A stretch of DNA of 64,000 nucleotides from Bacteroidota bacterium. Its GTDB lineage: Bacteria; Bacteroidota; Bacteroidia; UBA4408. Under the pieces are notes generated by a model, which was given only the letters and a program-made list of their open reading frames with translations, was not told the origin of the DNA and did not search any database. Shown here in pieces: positions 60,278 through 64,000 of this stretch (positions are counted from its first letter, which is position 1; each line of letters opens with the position of its first letter). The translations under genes were made by a program, and so were the position numbers. Where the stretch lies: NCBI GenBank assembly GCA_016718805.1, contig JADKCP010000004.1, forward strand, positions 12,284-76,283, read 5' to 3'.

Positions 60278-62200
60278 TTAAGGATTAACAACAATTTTTT
60301 TATTAATCAAGCAATTTCCATTACTTACAATAGTTACATTGTACAAACCATAACTCAAGTGGCTCAACGAAATAGCAGATGAATTTTCCTTCAATTCAAA
60401 TTTTTCAATATTTCTACCTAGCATGTCTGTGATAGATAAGACGCAGTTACTATTAAGTTCAGCCAACCCAATATTGAGAATATTTGAACTAGTTGAATAG
60501 TTAACTTGCATTTCGCGGTGATAGGTATGATTTTGAGGTGTATTTGATGTATTGTTGTTGTAAAGCGTTGAATAATTGAACCACATGAATCCTGTGTTAG
60601 TTTGGAAATCGGCTGCCGGAATTACAACTGGACCTATGGCTGTTTCATTTGGATGAGTTTGCATTGTTAATTGTGTATATCCACTTGCAGTTTGCGACAT
60701 GTAATCAGCTTCGATATTGCCCATTGTTATAGTTGGGGTGCTTGATGCCAACACCGGTCCCATAAAAGACTGAGGCCAGTTTTCGGGTGATGTTGTTGTA
60801 CCAACAGTAGTTGTTTGACCTATACCAAAACAGTGTTTTTGTTCACCTGCAGTTGCCGCCGAAAATAAAGGAACAACTTTAGCAACTGAACCTTGCGCCG
60901 GATTAGCACCCAACCAATAAACTTCATGTGCGGTTCGCGAAAGCAAATCATCGCCAAAAGTATAATTCAACACATAATCATTGGTAAGGCAACGATGAAA
61001 ATAATAATTAATAAACTGAGCTTGTTTATCTGTTGGTAGAGGGAAAGAAGGATATGGATCGTCAACATTGTTGGATGTTAAAGGAGTAAAATTCAGGCTT
61101 AATGGTGTAATGGAATTTTGGTCTCTTGGAGTTTTTAAAGTAAGTTCCATTTCCATTTTTGTATACCAGCACATATCTTTGGTTGCTATTGCCATTGCCC
61201 AAACAATGTCCCTAAAATTGTCCCAAACTATCCGGTCTGGTGTTAAGTTTATGTCATTATGATCAAATAAGTAAGTATTAGTAGTGTTATTAACTTTTTT
61301 ATCAATCAGCCCTGCATTCCAATATTCATATTCCAAACTTAAATAATCAAATAAAATATCTTGGTTTACCGGTTGCAAAATTCTGTCCGCTGAGGATGAA
61401 TCAACATCTTCATCTTCACCTCCTTCGTCAGATAAAGTTGGTGAATTCCTTGTTTTACCAAATGCAAAATAAGTATACGATTTTACAGCCAATATTTGTT
61501 TTATCATTTCAGAACGTTCGAGCCTGCGATAATCAGCCGCATTATTGAGTTCATTTCTGTTTGGTGGGTTTATTATACTATCTGGAATTGTCGTCCAAGA
61601 GTTTAGCCCTGGCAATACCTTGGCACCACAATCGAGTTGACCGCTAAATGGGAAATAAAAGTTTGATGTTATAAAATTCTTATTTGCAGCTGCCATATCT
61701 ACAAATGGTAAATTGGAAACTACCACTCCAACTTCAATTCTATAACCGCTAAATAGAGTATGTGCTTTTAATAAAAATTCTTTAATGGATAAATCATATT
61801 TATTTAATCCTACAACTGTACTCATGCCATAAAGAGCAATATAAGTTATGTTATTATCGTGTGCATAATTTAATAAATCTCTATTTATTTTGGTGGTACA
61901 AGTTGTACCGATGGTCATATCAAGAACAGGCGAAACAACAGCACTATTAACTGTTCCATAAAGTTCACGAATTAGCTCATCACCACAACTAACATACATA
62001 CCTCTAAATTTTCCACTTGGAGGTAACGACTGGGCATTCAATGGAAGGTAGCTGATACTAAAACAAAACAAAATAAAAGGGAGTACCTTATTAAAAAACT
62101 CGCAGTACCTGAAATCACCGTTTTCTAAAACACTTATTCTTGTAGGGGGGGGAGTTAAGTTCAAGTTGGTGCACCCATTGGAAATATAAGATTTTTTCAT
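60278..62200 (-). CDS. Secreted T9SS-type protein with a putative TIM-barrel glycoside hydrolase-like domain
   Basis: Long n-region then h-region ending NA|Q. Motifs GMYV, LLNYA..NNITYIALY and FDYLSLEYEYW. CTD-like tail ITDMLGR...GLYNVTI...KKIVV. Confidence 0.6.
   Translation of the reverse strand: MKKSYISNGCTNLNLTPPPTRISVLENGDFRYCEFFNKVLPFILFCFSISYLPLNAQSLPPSGKFRGMYVSCGDELIRELYGTVNSAVVSPVLDMTIGTTCTTKINRDLLNYAHDNNITYIALYGMSTVVGLNKYDLSIKEFLLKAHTLFSGYRIEVGVVVSNLPFVDMAAANKNFITSNFYFPFSGQLDCGAKVLPGLNSWTTIPDSIINPPNRNELNNAADYRRLERSEMIKQILAVKSYTYFAFGKTRNSPTLSDEGGEDEDVDSSSADRILQPVNQDILFDYLSLEYEYWNAGLIDKKVNNTTNTYLFDHNDINLTPDRIVWDNFRDIVWAMAIATKDMCWYTKMEMELTLKTPRDQNSITPLSLNFTPLTSNNVDDPYPSFPLPTDKQAQFINYYFHRCLTNDYVLNYTFGDDLLSRTAHEVYWLGANPAQGSVAKVVPLFSAATAGEQKHCFGIGQTTTVGTTTSPENWPQSFMGPVLASSTPTITMGNIEADYMSQTASGYTQLTMQTHPNETAIGPVVIPAADFQTNTGFMWFNYSTLYNNNTSNTPQNHTYHREMQVNYSTSSNILNIGLAELNSNCVLSITDMLGRNIEKFELKENSSAISLSHLSYGLYNVTIVSNGNCLINKKIVVNP
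62145..62152. repeat. G8 (C8 on the coding strand) homopolymer
   Basis: Eight consecutive Gs, encoding T-P-P-P-T in the leader of the 60278-62200 gene. Confidence 0.9.
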
Positions 62201-62598
62201 AGAATTAAATTTAGACATTATTTATTACGAATGTAACCTTTTTATTTTTAAGTATATAACATAAATTTTAAAAAATATAGAATGAATTAACTAACCTAAA
62301 TAATTTGAAAAGTATCTCCATTTTGCAATATCAAAATAAGTGATCAAATTAGGCAATGTAATTATTTAACTTTTCAATAAATGTAATGGTGAATGCACGA
62401 CACTAATCCAAAAGTAAAGTAATTATTGCTATAACATTTCACAATTAATATCTAATGTAAATGCAATAACTGGCCTTATTACGATTAAAAAAATGAATCA
62501 AAAAAGTTTCCTTTCCTCAGTTTTAAAGTATTGAAGTTAAAATTTCTTCTCAACCAGAATCAAAAATTATCTTTACAAAAAAAACAACAAACACCTAC

Positions 62599-63531
62599 GT
62601 GTCTTCACCTTTAAGCAATACACAACTAATTAAAACGGAAGCTAAACGCTTGGGCTTCGACTATTGCGGAATTTCAAAAGCCGGCTTTTTGGAAGAGGAA
62701 GCTCCTCGTCTTGAAAGTTGGTTAAAAGAAAACAGACACGGGAAAATGCACTACATGGAGAATTATTTTGATAAGCGCTTAGACCCTCGTCTGCTTGTTG
62801 ATGATGCTAAATCAGTAATTTCCCTTTTACTAAACTACTATCCTTCGGATGAACAACAGGATGAAACTGCTCCCAAAATTTCAAAATACGCGTATGGCAA
62901 TGATTACCATGAAGTGATTAAAACAAAATTAAGGGCATTGCATGAATTTATTTTTGAAAAAATTGGCGAGGTGGGTGGAAGAGCTTTTGTTGATTCAGCT
63001 CCGGTAATGGATAAAGCCTGGGCTAAAAAAAGTGGACTTGGTTGGATTGGTAAAAATGCCAATTTAATAAGCCCAAAAAATGGTTCCTTCTTTTTTATTG
63101 CTGAATTAATTGTTGATATAGAATTGGAATACGATGGTGCAATTAAAGACTATTGTGGTACTTGCACACGTTGCATCGATGCATGTCCTACCGAGGCTAT
63201 AACCGAACCTCATAAAGTTGATGGAAGTAAATGTATTTCCTATTTTACTATAGAATTAAAAGACGCAATACCTCAGACAATGAAAGGTAAATTTCAAAAT
63301 TGGGCGTTCGGCTGCGATGTATGTCAGGATGTTTGTCCTTGGAACCGCTTTTCGACTCCACACAACGAACCTTTATTAGCGCCCAATAGAGCTTTACTGG
63401 ATATGCGTAAAAATGAATGGGAAGAAATTACACTTGATGTTTTTCAAAAAGTATTTAAGAATTCGGCCGTAAAACGAACCAAATACGAAGGCTTAATTCG
63501 TAACCTAAAATTTCTTAAACAAAACGTCTGA
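62599..63531 (+). CDS. queG: Epoxyqueuosine reductase
   Basis: [48 protein letters not shown] and [12 protein letters not shown]. Confidence 0.96.
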   Translation: MSSPLSNTQLIKTEAKRLGFDYCGISKAGFLEEEAPRLESWLKENRHGKMHYMENYFDKRLDPRLLVDDAKSVISLLLNYYPSDEQQDETAPKISKYAYGNDYHEVIKTKLRALHEFIFEKIGEVGGRAFVDSAPVMDKAWAKKSGLGWIGKNANLISPKNGSFFFIAELIVDIELEYDGAIKDYCGTCTRCIDACPTEAITEPHKVDGSKCISYFTIELKDAIPQTMKGKFQNWAFGCDVCQDVCPWNRFSTPHNEPLLAPNRALLDMRKNEWEEITLDVFQKVFKNSAVKRTKYEGLIRNLKFLKQNV

Positions 63532-63703
63532 AAACCTCTTTGATAATAGGACCATATTGGTTTCCAAAAGTGGCAAGACACCATACTTTTAACATGAGCG
63601 CCTCATCCTTCTTTAACCATTTTATACCTTTTAGTAATTCCTTTTTAAAAAGCTTTCTATCGAAACTCACTTTTTCCAAGGTGAGCTTTGTTAACTCAAA
63701 CAT
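63515..63703 (-). CDS. Small conserved Bacteroidota hypothetical protein (62 aa)
   Basis: MFE..K..LEKVSFD..LF.KEL.K..KWL...E...L..WC is a pattern I recognise from Bacteroidota. It has its own -7 box upstream. Confidence 0.7.
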   Translation of the reverse strand: MFELTKLTLEKVSFDRKLFKKELLKGIKWLKKDEALMLKVWCLATFGNQYGPIIKEVFRRFV

Positions 63704-63756
63704 GTACTAATAATTTGTAGTGAATACTAAATTTCAATTTTCCTATATCTAATACG

Positions 63757-63764
63757 CAAAGTTA
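63757..63764 (-). promoter_or_regulatory. -7 promoter box of the 62-aa gene
   Basis: The minus strand reads TAACTTTG. Confidence 0.55.
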
Positions 63765-63857
63765 ATCGCCGGGGTTACTAAAAAAAGTAGAATAATGTTA
63801 AGAAAGCGCAAAATACAGTATAGCAACAGTTTATTTTTTGTGTTTACTTTCATAAAA

Positions 63858-63998
63858 CTATTCCTTCACTTCACCCCAACGATACGAATCTTGTTGTAAC
63901 CCGGCCAAATCTATTGCTCTATTTACAACTGTGGCTGCAAGTTCTTCAAAGGTTTTTGGAAGGCTATAAAATGATGGACTGGCAGGACAAATTATTCC
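63858..63998 (-). CDS. ubiX: UbiX family flavin prenyltransferase, 3' end only (not in the ORF track)
   Basis: Manual translation gives GIICPASPSFYSLPKTFEELAATVVNRAIDLAGLQQDSYRWGEVKE*, the UbiX C-terminal PxFY..P...RW pattern. Confidence 0.85.
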   Translation of the reverse strand, partial: GIICPASPSFYSLPKTFEELAATVVNRAIDLAGLQQDSYRWGEVKE

Positions 63999-64000
63999 GC

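Noticed and set aside
62219-62598. AT-rich 380-nt intergenic region as a possible ncRNA or origin
   Set aside because: I found no stable hairpin, repeat array or DnaA-box cluster. It is consistent with divergent promoters.

Overview
This AT-rich window comes from a Bacteroidota chromosome. Evidence for the phylum includes TAnnTTTG promoters, T9SS C-terminal sorting domains, a Bacteroidota-order dcw cluster and a eukaryotic-type citrate synthase. Housekeeping content is carA, eno, citrate synthase, ftsE, rsmG, ruvC, queG, a partial ubiX and the full mraZ-rsmH-ftsL-ftsI-murE-mraY-murD-ftsW-murG-murC-ftsQ-ftsA-ftsZ-yqeY cluster. Seven T9SS cargo genes are interspersed (about 18 kb in total). I found no rRNA, tRNA, CRISPR array, integrase or transposase. 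The main leads are: (1) an intact stand-alone copy of the MurD C-terminal ligand-binding domain inserted between murD and ftsW; (2) an envelope operon of c-type cytochrome lipoproteins (CX4CH motifs) plus a DUF5777-type outer-membrane barrel, preceded by a signal-peptide ORF ending in HPP that may be an arrest-type leader; (3) a cytochrome c-fused PHM/DBH-like copper monooxygenase with all six Cu ligands, divergent from an N-acylglycine lipid acyltransferase pair; (4) a C8 tract in the leader of a secreted TIM-barrel-like protein; (5) direct and inverted MraZ boxes and a palindromic operator over the yceI promoter. Family assignments come from motif recognition by eye, not database searches.
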